64,000 bases of DNA from Nymphaea colorata (lineage: Eukaryota): contig NC_045138.2 of NCBI RefSeq assembly GCF_008831285.2, forward strand, positions 22,134,001-22,198,000, in the 5' to 3' direction. Position 1 is the first letter of the stretch; each line of letters starts with the position of its first letter. Position numbers and translations under genes: made by a program. Shown here piece after piece: positions 51,839-64,000 of the stretch. The notes under the pieces were generated by a model. It had not been told where the DNA came from, did no database searches, and saw only the letters and a list, made by a program, of their open reading frames with translations.

Positions 51839-54800
51839 TGTTGAAGCATGTAGAGATGGGTCTTGGGATCGGGTCTGGGTCTAGACCCGATCCAGCTTGT
51901 AGCTTGGGCCTTACTTAAAGACTTGTAACCCTAATTTCTGGGTGAATGAAGTTTTAAGAGAGAGAGAGAGAGTCTGGAGCCTAGTGGGCGCCAAAACTCC
52001 TCACCCGTGGTTTTTCTCCCTCTCGTTGAGGGTTTTTCACATTACATCCGTGTTCTTCTCGCTTTTACTGTTTCTACATGGTATCATAGCTGTGACTAGT
52101 TTGTGGAAATTTTTGCCGGCCGTGAAGTCTTGGCCTTGACCTTTCCATCGCTCGCTGCTCTTATTCCGCCACCGTCATTGCCACCACTGCTGCTGCCGCC
52201 GCCGATTCCAACTGCTCTTGCTGCTGGTTTCTGGTTGCAGCTCAGCATCGTTGGCCAGCTCACGCCCGTTGTGCTCCATCGCTAGTGTAGCTCAGCTCCA
52301 CCTTCTCTGCCGTCGCCCTAAGTCCCCGTCGCTCAGCATCTGTCAGCGCCTAGCATCGTCCATCGCTCAGCGCTCACCGTCGCCCGCCATTTTGTGCTCC
52401 GTTGCTGTTGCACGAGGCCTCCCTTGCTGTTTGCCGTCGTCTAGTGTGTGCCGGTTGCCGTTGTTGCCTTCCTGCTCGTGAAGCCCATAGAGATCTGTCG
52501 CACTGATCTGTTAGCTCCCTGCGTCACCACCTATCATCGTCCCGTCTGCTGTTTGTTGTTCCTTTTTTGTGCCTGTTTCATGGTTAGGCCTTTTTTGCTT
52601 TGGTGAATCGGACGTGGTGGCCGATTCTTATATGGGGGAGTGGAACGAGTGTCTCTTGCCGATGGTTCCTCTATTTCTGTGGCTGGAAAATGGAGTCTCT
52701 CACTTTTGAACAAGTTCTTAGTCCACAATGCTCTACATGTTCATCATCTTCCCTTGAACCTCTTGTCGGTTAGCAAGATTACAAAAGAGTTGAATTGTGA
52801 ACTTATTTTTTCTGCTGATCGCTGTGTTTTGTAGGACTTGGTGGCATGGAAGATGATTGAGATTGGTTTGTTTTTTGAAGGGCTATATCGTTTACCTATG
52901 CATGCGCTACTACCTTCATGACAGCCGCCAGCAAAACAACGAAGAGTAGGGAGGACTCCCTTCAATCGATTCTACGTTGGCATGAGCACCTTAGACACCT
53001 TCTTTTTGGAATTCTAAGACAGTTATTTCCTGATCTCTGTTCTAGGTTAGATATGACTATGGTGTTTGTGATGTCTGTCACCTGGCCAAACATGTTAGGG
53101 CTTCATACCCTGTGTCTATCTATCATTCTAACGAGGTGTTTGCCATGATTCACTCTGATGTGTGGGGGCCTTCGAGAATTCCTTCTTGTCATGGTTTTCA
53201 ATATTGTATCATCTTTATAGATGATTATTCTCGTAACACCATTGTTTATTTGCTGAAAGACCGTAGTGAAGTTCCTACTGTCATATAGACTTTCATTGCT
53301 TATGTAGAAACTCAATATAGAGCATTTGTTAAGATCTTTCGGTCTGACAATGCTAGTGAGTACACATGTCAGTCTGTTGATAGCTTCTTTCGAAAAAAGA
53401 GAATTGTTCATGAGACTTCTTGTAGTTATACTCCTCCTCAAAATGAAGTTGTTGAATGAAAGAATCGCCAGTTACTGAATATGACTCGGGCATTTCTTTT
53501 TCAACGTCATGTTCTAAGAAAATATTGGGGGGATGCTGTGTTGATCAGTGCGTATCTAATTAACCGTATGCCTAGTCATGTGTTGAATGAGCAGACGCCT
53601 CACTCTATGTTACCGGGGAGTCGTGAACCTTTGTCTCTTTCACTTATAGTTTTTGGATGTGTTTGTTTTATTGACAATCACAATCATAATATTAAAAAGC
53701 TTGATCCTAAGTCGGTTAAGGGCCTTTTTCTAAGTTATTCCCCCACTCAAAAAGGATATAAGTGTCGAGACTCTTCCACAGGTCGTGCATATGTCATCAA
53801 AGATGTCACATTCCTGGAACATGCTTCATATTTTAGTGAGAATTCTCTTTAGGGGGAGAGGTCTACAACGAGAGAAGAGTATTCTCCCAATCAAGAGATT
53901 CAGTTTACATATTTTTTTGAATATAAGAAAGAAGAGATTGATGTTACTAACCCTCTAGAGCACAATGAGGATGATAGATGTTCAACTGTGGATAAGGAGG
54001 GACATGACCGTTTGTTTGGGCAGGTTTACTCTAGGCGAAAGTCGTCTGCCACATGACCCACTGATGAAGCTGACGAAGCGATGCCCTCTGGTGACAAAAA
54101 TCCTACTCCAAATCCTAATGCTACTCCTTCCCTGGATGACCCAAGTCGTGCCCAAGAGATGTCAGTTGAAGGTACTCAAGTAGAGGCTAAAAGTGAATAT
54201 TTACCCATTGCTCTTAGAAAGGGTGTCAGGTCATGTACTCAACACCCTATTGGTAATTTTATATCTTATTTTAGACTGAGCAAGGATTACACGTGTTTTG
54301 TATCTTCTTTTTCTTTGATTGTGATTTCTAGGACTGTTGTTGAAGCTCAAGGTAATTCCAAGTGGGCTGATGCGATGCAAGAAGAAATGGAAGCACTGAG
54401 AAGAAACATGACATGAGAAGTTGTAAAGATTCATGAGGCAGCTCACTTGGTTGGATCCAAGTGGGTCTACACCATCAAATACAAACCAGATGGAAGTTTT
54501 GAAAGATACAAAGCTCGTCTTGTGGTCAAAGGGTTTAGTCAGAAATATGAGATTGATTACTTGGAGACATTTGCTCCAGTTGCGAAAATGAAGACAGTTA
54601 GAGTTGTTATTTCCCTAGCTATGATGAAGGAGTAAAGGATGTACCAACTGGATGTTAAAAATGCATTTCTCAATGACGATCTCGAAGAAGAGGTGTATAT
54701 GCGTATGTCCCCAGGATATGAAGAACCAGAAAAATGCTGTCAACTAAAAAAGACTTTATATAGCCTCAAGCAATCGCCCAGAGCATAGTTTAAACGACTC

Positions 54801-56106
54801 AGACGAGTAATGCAACATTATGGCTACAATCAAGGGAATGAAGACCACACTCTCTTTGTGAAGAAGAAAGAAGAGAAAGTCACTTTGTTACTTGTTTATC
54901 TGGATGACATGACTGTTGCAGGTGATGATGAGGATGAAATCACAAAGCTAAAAGTGTTACTGGCTGCCGAATTTGATCTCAAGGATCTTGGTAAACTGAG
55001 GTACTTTCTTGGTATTGAGATTGCTAGGTCTAGTACCGGCTTTGTGTTAAATCAATGGAAATACACACTAGATCTATTGGAGGAGACCAGTAAGCTGGGG
55101 TGTAGATAAGCTTCTACTCCTCTTGATACTGGGCACAAGTTGAGCCTTAGAGATGAGAAGTTCCTCTGTGAAGAAGCCAAAGGAAGATATCAACGTCTTG
55201 TTGGGAAGTTGATTTATCTTACCCTCACTCGACCAGATATCACTTTTGCTGTAAATGTACTGAGTCAATTCATGCATGCCCCGACTAATGTACACTTGAA
55301 GGCTGTGGACAAAATATTGTGCTATTTGAATAGGAATCCTGACAAGGGGTTCTTATATGTGAAGCAAGAGCCTGTTGAGATCGAAGGGTATTCCGATGCT
55401 AACTGAGCAAGTTGTGCTGATACTAAAAGGTCTACCTCATGGTATTGTGTTTACTTGGGAGGGAACCTTGTTATCTGGAGAAACAAGAGGCAAGATGTGT
55501 GTTTTCGATTTAGTGCAGAAGCTGAGTATAGAGCTATTGCTATGGGAGTGTCAGAGTTACTATAGCTGAAAATATTGCTAGCTGATATCGGAATAGAGAT
55601 TGGAAGACCTATGAAGATGTACTGTGACAACAAGTCTGCAATCAACCTAGCCAATACTCCTATACTACATGACAAAACAAAGCATGTTGAGATTGATCGC
55701 CACTTTATCCGTGAGAGGATTGATGCTAAAGAGTTAATCTTACCTTACATGAAGTCTGAAGACCAAACCGCTGATGTTCTGACTAAAGCTCTATCTTCAA
55801 CTTCTTTTGAGATAAATGTATCTAAGTTGGACATGTTTGATATGTATTCCCAACTTGAGGGGGAGTGTTGAAGCATGTAAAAATGGGTCTTGGGACCGGG
55901 TATGGGTCCAGACCCGATCCAGCTTATAGCCCTTGTTGGTCCTCACTTAAAGACTTGCAACCCTAATTTTTGGGTGAATGAAGTTTTAAGAGAGAGAAAG
56001 TCTGGTGGTTAGTGGGCACCATACCTCCTCACCCGTGGTTTTTGTCCCTCTCGTTGAGGATTTTTCATGTTACATCCGTGTTCTTCTCGCTTTTACTGTT
56101 TCTACA
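51839..56106 (+). mobile_element. Ty1/Copia retrotransposon with both LTRs, internally deleted (no gag or protease active site) and degenerate
   Basis: 5' LTR 51839-52078 and 3' LTR 55866-56106 (TG...CA); PBS TGGTATCATAGC at 52079; PPT TTGAGGGGGAG; IHSDVWGP, FRSDNA, VGSKWVYTIK, KDLGKLRYFLGIE, LTLTRPDI, MYCDNKSAI and TKHVEIDRHFIRE. Flanks AAACG / AAATC match only 3 of 5. Confidence 0.95.
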
Positions 56107-56326
56107 AAATCAATAACTAGTTTTATAACAGTAAATATTATATATATATATATATATATATTGAAATCATTTGGTTACTAGATGATACAAATCCTGTAAG
56201 AAAACACAAAAAACCATCCCTAAATGTCTCTACCATAAACAATTGTTATTGTTTTCCTTGCAAGGGGGTTTTTAGTGATGGTTCAGCAAATTTTACCAAT
56301 TTTCTGTCTCTCTTTCTCTCACACAC

Positions 56327-56365
<39 letters not shown>

Positions 56366-56575
56366 TTGTGGATTTTTTCATCCAAATTTTGGACGAAGCA
56401 ATCCTTTGGCCTTTCATAGCACACTGTCCAATGCAATTGCATCAAGCGGTGTGTTACGTTTGACCTAATGCATTAGGTTGTCCATGATTAGACAGAGCTC
56501 AAGATGTTTGGAAGATTTCAGCTCTTGTATTTATCTTAAACAAATATTACTTGCTATTACTGGCAATAATATTGC

Positions 56576-59193
56576 TTAGGATATGTCTTGCATCAACTCA
56601 TTCTTAAGATCATAAGGTCATATTACAAAAAAAAAAGAAAGAACACTTTAAAAATCAAAATCAAAGGCTTTAGTTTTTATCCAGCCATCCGCTCCTTCCA
56701 CCAGTGGGCAGGAGTGACCCACCAGCCCACCAACAGAAGGAGAGCCCGATGGCTGGAAGGTGGCAGCCCTTCCTTCTCAAATCATGAAAGGGGAGAAATG
56801 AAGATGCACCGGAAAGAGATATAGAGAGACAAAGGGCAAGAGGGAGAGACGAGAGCCGATAAAATGATAATCTATACCAAAATTTGAGGACAAGAAGTCC
56901 CCCAGTTACAATAACAAACGCAAAACAGAAGTAAAAAAATGAAATATACAATACAACGCACAGTAAAACAAAATAAGAGGGGTGAGGAGAGAATGGGAAG
57001 ACGAAGCGGCACAATCACTTAGCCACAGACGGAGGACGACGTCGTAGCCAAATGGCAAAATGTACATCCCCCTGCACAAGACGAGCCACATATCCGACAA
57101 AGAGAAGGTGCTCCTGAAGACTGTGTTATTGCGCTCTTTCCAAATGCGCCAACAAGCTAAAATGTGCCACAACTTTCAGACACGACCCTAGGAAACAACC
57201 AGGTGGGGGGAATGGCAGAAGAGGAAAAAAAGTCGAATGGAGGGTGAGTCTAGAAGACTACTAACAATGGAAGCCCAGGAAGAGACAAAAATACTAAAAA
57301 AGAAAGGGCAAAAGGTGAACCCGATACTCAAGCACGGCGAGACAGAAGAGACACTGGTTACTGCAAGTGGTCAAAAGTGTTGATGTGACCAGCAAAAAGA
57401 AGCCAAACAAAAGCAATGACACGAGCAGAAGGGCTAGGGGACCAAATGAATCGAGGTGAGAACTGCGAAAGAATTAAAAGAGGCCAAGTAGCAAAAAGAA
57501 AAAGTGAATCCATGGGAAAGTGAAAGAGGCCAAGATGAAGATGCAAACGATGGCAGGTCAACAAGGTGGAAGAAAAGAGGAAGGGCAGAAAGCAGGACAC
57601 ACCAAAAATGGGAGGAAGATGTGTGAGAGATGGAAGTCAAACACTAGGGGAAGACATGTCAAACTTGGAGCAAATGAAAAGGGTGATGGGAGAGTGCTAA
57701 GTTGCCAGACTCCACCACCAAGAATACAAGGAAGACTCACAAGCCCGACTAAGGTTGGTGACCCCAACACACCTAAGAAAACGCAGAAACACAACCATAT
57801 CGCAATGCGCAAGGCGATCCAAAGGCCTATCACTATCGCAAATAAATTTATGAATGATCTTGTCAAACATTTTCATAACAGCCACAGGATGTCGAAAGAC
57901 CGCCAGAGCATGGAGGGGGACAGACGCAGGATAGTGCTTAGCAAGAGTAATACGACTTGAGAGAGAAAACAATTTTTCCTGCCAATACTGAAGGCGATCC
58001 ACAAGCTTTTGCTCCACTCTATTCCAAAAGGAGGGTGCAGGAGGCGACAACGTAATCTGAAGACCCAAGTAATCCATAGGTAGGCCAACAACCTTACACT
58101 CAAAGCAAACTTCCACAAGAAGCACCATGGCAGATCCACGTGAATGGGAGAAAGGTGACATTTAGATGAATTAATAGACAGACCCGAAATGAGTTCAAAA
58201 ACCCAAAAGATAAGCCAAGTTCTCACAACCAAACAAGAGAACGTCGTCAGCATACTGAAGGGTGGAGAAGGCCTGTAAGTGGGGGAGTGAATGCGGTGTG
58301 AGGAAACCAATGACCGCAACATGATAAAATAAAGCAAAAAAGCACTCGGTAACTAAGTTGAAGAGCAACAACGATAACAGACAACCCTGACGGAGGCCAT
58401 GACCAAGACAAAAGAAGTCACCACACAACCCATTGAATAATACCGCTAGCTAGGCTCCAATGACAAGTGAAATGATCCACTTCCTAAACGACGGACCAAA
58501 TGCAAGGCGGGTGAGAAGGTCAGAAAAAAACTCTCAACTAACCGAATCAAAGGTCTTAGAGATGTCCAACTTAAGGATGAAAGAAGGAAGACACAGACAA
58601 TATAGGGAGTGAACAACCTCATTGGTCAAGACAACCGCGTCCTGCAAATGCCGACCCTTGATGAATGCAACCTGAAAAGTGTTAACGATAGAAGAAATAA
58701 CATGTGCAAACCGTAAGAAAAACAACTTAGCAATAATCTTGTATGGTGTGTCTAAGATGAAGATTAGACAAAAGTGGGTGACGTCCGTAGAGTTAGGATG
58801 CTTAGGCACCCGCTTAGGGCAAGAGAGAGAGACGAGAGGGCAAAAGAGAGAGACGTGGATAGGGAAAGCGGTAACAGGGAGAGAGACAGTAATGAGCAAA
58901 AAAATCACAGCCACTTGATCTTTTTTAGATCGATGGCTAAGATGAACAGACACAAGTGCTCGGCTAGACTTTGTGCACGGAAAGATGTTTCTATATATAT
59001 TATATATAAAATAGCAGAAAAGTAAATGTTGACTTTTGGCTTTTTAGGTCAACTATCTATCTAATGAATCCAACAGTTAAAAGAAAAGAAGAGAAAAAGG
59101 CATCTACTATTCATTCATTTTTTCTTTTAAAATTTTCTTTCATCATTCGTACATGAATAGCCTAAGACGGCTGAATAGTCAATTCATCATTCA

Positions 59194-59242
<49 letters not shown>

Positions 59243-59352
59243 CTAAAGTTAGAGATAAAAACCAAAGTCTTTGATTTTGATTTTTTTTCCCCAATATGAC
59301 CTTATTGATATGATATGATCTTAAGAATGAGTTGATGCAAAACATATCTTAA
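56576..59352. mobile_element. Inverted-repeat element (~100-bp arms, possibly PIF/Tourist-like) interrupted by a LINE
   Basis: Arms at ~56576-56681 and ~59254-59352 are reverse complements (TTGCATCAACTCATTCTTAAGATCAT, TAAGGTCATATT, AAAATCAAAATCAAAGrCTTTrGTTTTTATC); outer trinucleotides are TTA / TAA. Confidence 0.65.
56672..58820 (-). mobile_element. 5'-truncated degenerate LINE (L1-like) ORF2 reverse transcriptase to 3' end
   Basis: YKIIAKL, QVAFIKGRHLQD, LKLDISKTFDSVS, GLRQGCLLSLLLFNLV, LQYADDVLLF, LPMDYLGL and WRIWKERNNTVF across shifting frames; short A-rich end at ~56673. Confidence 0.9.
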
Positions 59353-59643
59353 ATTGATCATTTGTTAGAACTTAATGGTGTTTTTATAATAAAAAAATGA
59401 ATGGCCCCATGGCATGAGAATATAATAAACAAATCAATATTTTTATTAAAACAACTTGAATCTAAGCATGATTTTTATTAAAATAGTCTTTAAATAAGAA
59501 AGAAGTGGAAGAAAAAAAATATATAAAGAATCCATCTCGAAGGAGATCGAACGAAAGAGAAAGAGAAAGAGAAAGAGACAAATGAACAAATCAATCCCGG
59601 ACTGGATCAAGTTAGAGTTGGCTCGGAATGCAGCTTCATAATT

Positions 59644-59902
59644 TGAGAATGTAACTGGGCAAGATGGACAAATCTGATAAAGAAATATAGATCTAATTAC
59701 TAATCAGATTGGGATTTGATATGGAGCTTAATAGCCAATTTCAAATCCCAGTCCAATATCCAATTGGGATCTGATAAAAATGCAAACTCAGTTTTGAACA
59801 TAGAATCGCAAACGGAGACTGAATCTGATCACAAAAGGTTCGATCCAAGTCAAATTTCATCAAAGTTCAATCTAAGCCGAACCCAAACCATTTACATCCC
59901 TT
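59644..59902. mobile_element. hAT-like MITE remnant
   Basis: Right end CCATTTACATCCCTT, degenerate left end TGAGAATGTAACTGG, and internal AATCTG/AATCC motifs. Confidence 0.4.
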
Positions 59903-60880
59903 TGCACTTGGGTGACAAAAAAAAAAAAAGAAGTGTTCTTGCATTACCTAATTGGAGTCCAAGTAGTGTTATATATATATATATATATATATATAAGAGC
60001 AATTCTGAAATCCACCACCTTTATAATATATATGGAATCGATCTCATTTTTCTGTGTTTACGGGGTCTATAATTTTATCATTTATAATTGTTGTTAAGGG
60101 AAAATGAAAATAAAAATAGGTGAGAGAGAGAGAAAAAAAAATTGAAAAGCTCTTTCCCAAAATGAGGCTAGTTCAATGGGCTATCGGGGTGGCTGTGGCC
60201 TTCCCGGCTAGAGACCGTTGTCTTCCTTTCGCCGGACTGTACCAGGAAAAAAATCATTAAAGACCAAAGTCGGGTTTTATGACACAATGAACTTAAACCT
60301 TCAATTTGTTTTAAAAATTTTGGGATCTTGAGACCCATATAAAATCATATCTATAAATTAGATTATAATTGTGACTTTTTAAATATAAAACCAATTTGGA
60401 CAATTTGACTATGACCAATGTGTAGTTGGAAGGCAAATAACTTGTGAGAATAGGACTTTCGTACAGATAACAAAGACACAAGATGGTTTTCAGGTCATAA
60501 TTAAACCAACTTAGAAAAGTTAATAATAAAAGAGCGCAATCTTCATTATGCCATCCTCTTGCAGGATCTTACCTTTCTTCCTGTGAATATTTTATGCCAA
60601 TTCCTGCATGTTTCCAGGCAAAGCACCGTCTCCCATGATACACGTTGAGGTGATAAAAAATATTCTGATCAAAACCATGGCGGATGTTGCATGGTTCCTG
60701 CAATGACTACACTGGGTATTAACCCTCAACGCAGTCTTACTCCCCTTCCCAATCGTACTCTAATAAAATAACTAGGCCATGTTAGTGTGAGCCAGTCTTT
60801 TTGTTTTTTTGAAGTGTGGTAATTTCTCTGATAAAAGGCTCTCCTTTACTAGCTCTCCCCCCCCCCCTCCTCTCTCTTTC

Positions 60881-60959
<79 letters not shown>

Positions 60960-61280
60960 GGATCTTTAGTTTAATGAACCTTGGGTTTGAACGTGGATCT
61001 TTTGGGAAAACATGCCAGGTCAATCTACAATCTAAGGCTATCAAACCTCCCCTGAAGAAAAAGAATCCAACTCAAGATGGAAAGCATGCAATCGACACTA
61101 GTTTTTTTAATTGCAGGCACCAAATTATAATTTCAAAATTTTAACATGAGTTGAAATAGAAATTTTCAAATCTTTTATTACATTAAACTAAATTTTTTGA
61201 AATTTGCATATAGTTTTTTGAATTTTTTAAAATTTGAGGGAGAACAAGGCTCCTGCCTCCATCCTTGATAAGCTATATGG

Positions 61281-61559
61281 GTGTTACTGCCAATGTTAGT
61301 AAGCTGAATTTTAAAAAAATAGATAATTGCTATAAACCATACAATCCAAAAGATAAAGAAATTAAGGGTTCTACAGGTGTTATTGCCAATACTAACAAGC
61401 TGAATTTTAGGAAATAAGATAATTGCTATACACCTTACAATCCAAAAAATAAGGAAACTAAGGGTTCTAAATGTGTCATTGCAAATATTAACAAGCTGAA
61501 TTTAGGAAAAGAGATAATTGTTGTGAACCGCTGAATCCAAAAGATTAGGCAATTGAGGG
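61281..61559. repeat. 96-bp minisatellite, about 3 diverged copies
   Basis: Units start at 61281, 61377 and 61473 and share AAGCTGAATTT, AGATAATTG, AATCCAAAA and AGGG. Confidence 0.88.
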
Positions 61560-62757
61560 AACAAATTGTTGTACACACATAATATATAATAGAAGCTCTC
61601 GCAAAATAACATAGAAATTGAGAGATAAAATTTATTCTCGTGGACATAGAGGCTCTCTCTCTCTCTCTATTTTTTCTCTTTCTCGTTGAACCACTTAAGT
61701 TCTTTCTTGTCTCTCTGTTATATTTTTATGATGTCACAGCCTAATGCTATGTTTGGATGAAGGGAAAAAGTGAAAAAAGAATGAATAGAAGGGAAAGGAA
61801 GAGAAAAGGAAGGGAAGGAAATGGGGAGGCATAAATGGTTACGAAACTGAACCATCGTCTGGTATCCCTGCAAACTATATAAATAAGGAGAGAGATAGAG
61901 TAGGGGGGTGATTTTCGCCGTTTATACATTACTTACAATGAAATTTGTTGATTTTTTTTATTATGCAAACGTTTATACAGACGCCAGTCTAAAAAGGTGT
62001 GCTCCTTTATACAAATGTAACGTATGAAACATGAAAGGTGAAATGGTCTTTTTCGGTGAACAAGAGTGGGCAACCATAAGGTTGATTGGATTTTAATGCT
62101 GACCTACTTTGGTTATGCCTTGCTCATTTGATCACCACCATAACATAACAGGCGAGGGTAAAATGAATTAAAAGTGAATGTAAGATATTAACGTAAAAAT
62201 GAAAAGGCCACTAGGGCGGTAAGATGTCGCTATTGAAAGCTTGAATAAATAGATTAACCGTAGAGAGAGAACTTCCATTGAAAAAGGAAAACGCGACTAA
62301 CATGAATTTCTTATTGCACAAAAGCGGAACTTGGTATGAACAAATTTTTTCAATCTAGCCAATATAACCCGCCGAATCTACTGCATAAGCATGCAATATT
62401 TTGTTAAGGGCCAGAAATAATAAAAATACACTTTGACGGCAAACCAAAAGGCCCCGTATACAAGGACAAAAACGGAATTAGGGAAAACAAGTTATCGTAA
62501 AAGAGTAAAAGTATTCCTTGTGATAAAATGGCAGGACCGTGTTGGCCACACAACATATAAACCGGTCACACTGCTGAACCCCAATCTATGGAACAACATA
62601 GAAAGTTAAAAGGGGCTTTGCTGAAATTTTTTATAAAATAGGGATTCTATCAGAATAACTCCTAAAGCTGTCTCGTGCAAAGGGAACATTATTGATTATT
62701 TGTCAAAAGCTGAAACTGTTTAGAGGCGGTTCGGCAGCTCTGTCTCCGTCTTTAAGC

Positions 62758-63170
62758 AACCGTGTTTGTATGTTAGAAAGCAAAAAAATTTGGCAGGTAA
62801 ACATGATTTACATCAGGGATTTCGATCCCGTGTTTGTTTGGAAAGCAAAAAAATTTGAAAATCAGGACAAGGATCCCATTTCTACCTTTATTGTATGCCC
62901 AACCGTGTTTGTATGGGTGGCCAACAAACAAACCGTGTTTGTTTGGATCGAAATCCAAACAAACAAACCGTGTTATATTTTCTTCTTCTTCTTCTTCGGC
63001 ATCGCTCTCACTCGCATGTTCCACGCCTTTCTCCTGCTGTGCTTCGCTCATCCTCTTCCTCTTCCTCTTCTTCTTATTCTCTACTTCATCCACCTAATTG
63101 TTCTCGGCCATCTTCGTCTCCTCATCCTTTTGCTTCTTCCTCCTCTTCTTCTTCTCCTCCACAGGAGAGG
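62758..63170. repeat. Repeated CCGTGTTTGTwTG motifs followed by a CT-rich low-complexity tract (probable DNA-transposon subterminal region)
   Basis: Motif at ~62760, 62828, 62903 and 62933, partial at 62968, then (CTT)n/(CTTCCT)n runs. Confidence 0.5.
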
Positions 63171-64000
63171 AAGTGATGACTATAATGCGCCACCCATAAG
63201 AAAGAGATAGAAAGGCAGAGTATTTCTAGGCACTTACACATGTTAAATCCACTCATTTAACTCTATTACACAGGTTAAATCCACTAATTAACTATGTCTT
63301 GTGTTGATTACTCATCGGAGCTACTGCAGCACAAAGATAATTTCTTTAACAAATAACTACAGTTATTTTAACCTTTTCGATTTGCTTGGTTAAATGCCGT
63401 TATGTTTAAAAACCAATACTGCTATCTATTTAAACTGATGAAGAGCCTTTCGAGAAATTGAACTCCAAGTGGTTCGAGATATGAATTTTAAACTTGGATA
63501 TTATGCATATATACGTATTTTCAAAAAGTAAGATCTGGCACTTCGCTGATGATTGATCCAATAAGAGGGATCAACAAAATGAGGGTTTTTGAAATGTAAA
63601 TCTAATAGAAACAGACGAGTTCCGGTACATATGACTAACATTACACTAGACCCATCCTTAGTTACAAACTGGAGGTAATTACGCCAATTGGTCTCTCGAA
63701 GTCCACAACGACATGAAAGAAAACACGTCACAATTTCATTCCCTGAAACGGAAGAACAATATATAATAGAATGAAAAATTAGGGAATAGTGTGCTATTCT
63801 TATAAACTGGAAACTGTTACATCACCGCACTTTAATTAATGGATGTACCATACCTCACTTACATAGCGCAAGGGGAGAGCTTCGGACCTCTTTTGTGAGT
63901 ATTTTTAACCTCCTCGGGCTCACCCAGAACAGATAATAGTTCTTCACAACCATGTTTGTTTGAGGGGCCGGGAGGTGTTAAATTGAGCTAGCAAAGAGGT

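Noticed and set aside
62692..63210. Leu-rich (plus) and Glu/Lys-rich (minus) ORFs
   Set aside because: Products of CT/GA low-complexity repeats; no splice structure or domain recognised.

Overview
Flowering-plant nuclear DNA with spliced genes, long TE-filled introns and many (AT)n/(AG)n microsatellites. Four host genes can be reconstructed with consistent GT-AG exon phases: (1) the 5' nine coding exons of chloroplast stromal processing peptidase (SPP, M16 HXXEH peptidase; minus strand, continuing off the window start); (2) a tafazzin-family acyltransferase (NAPE-synthase-like, 5 exons, 285 aa); (3) an intronless calmodulin-like EF-hand gene (199 aa); (4) a 9-exon PhoD-like metallophosphatase (450 aa). 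The most unusual region is the 11.3-kb intron 5 of the PhoD-like gene. It holds two related, short-LTR, Gypsy-derived non-autonomous elements lying back to back. Their internal regions are filled with intronless, decayed fragments of three unrelated host genes (NOM1-like, an ARM-repeat protein, a Trm3/TARBP1-like tRNA methyltransferase), and a 5'-truncated Copia lies between them. Also present: a gag-less Copia with both LTRs, a truncated LINE inside an inverted-repeat element, hAT-type MITEs with 8-bp TSDs, minisatellites and a diverged non-coding duplication. Protein identifications come from motif and sequence recall, not database searches.
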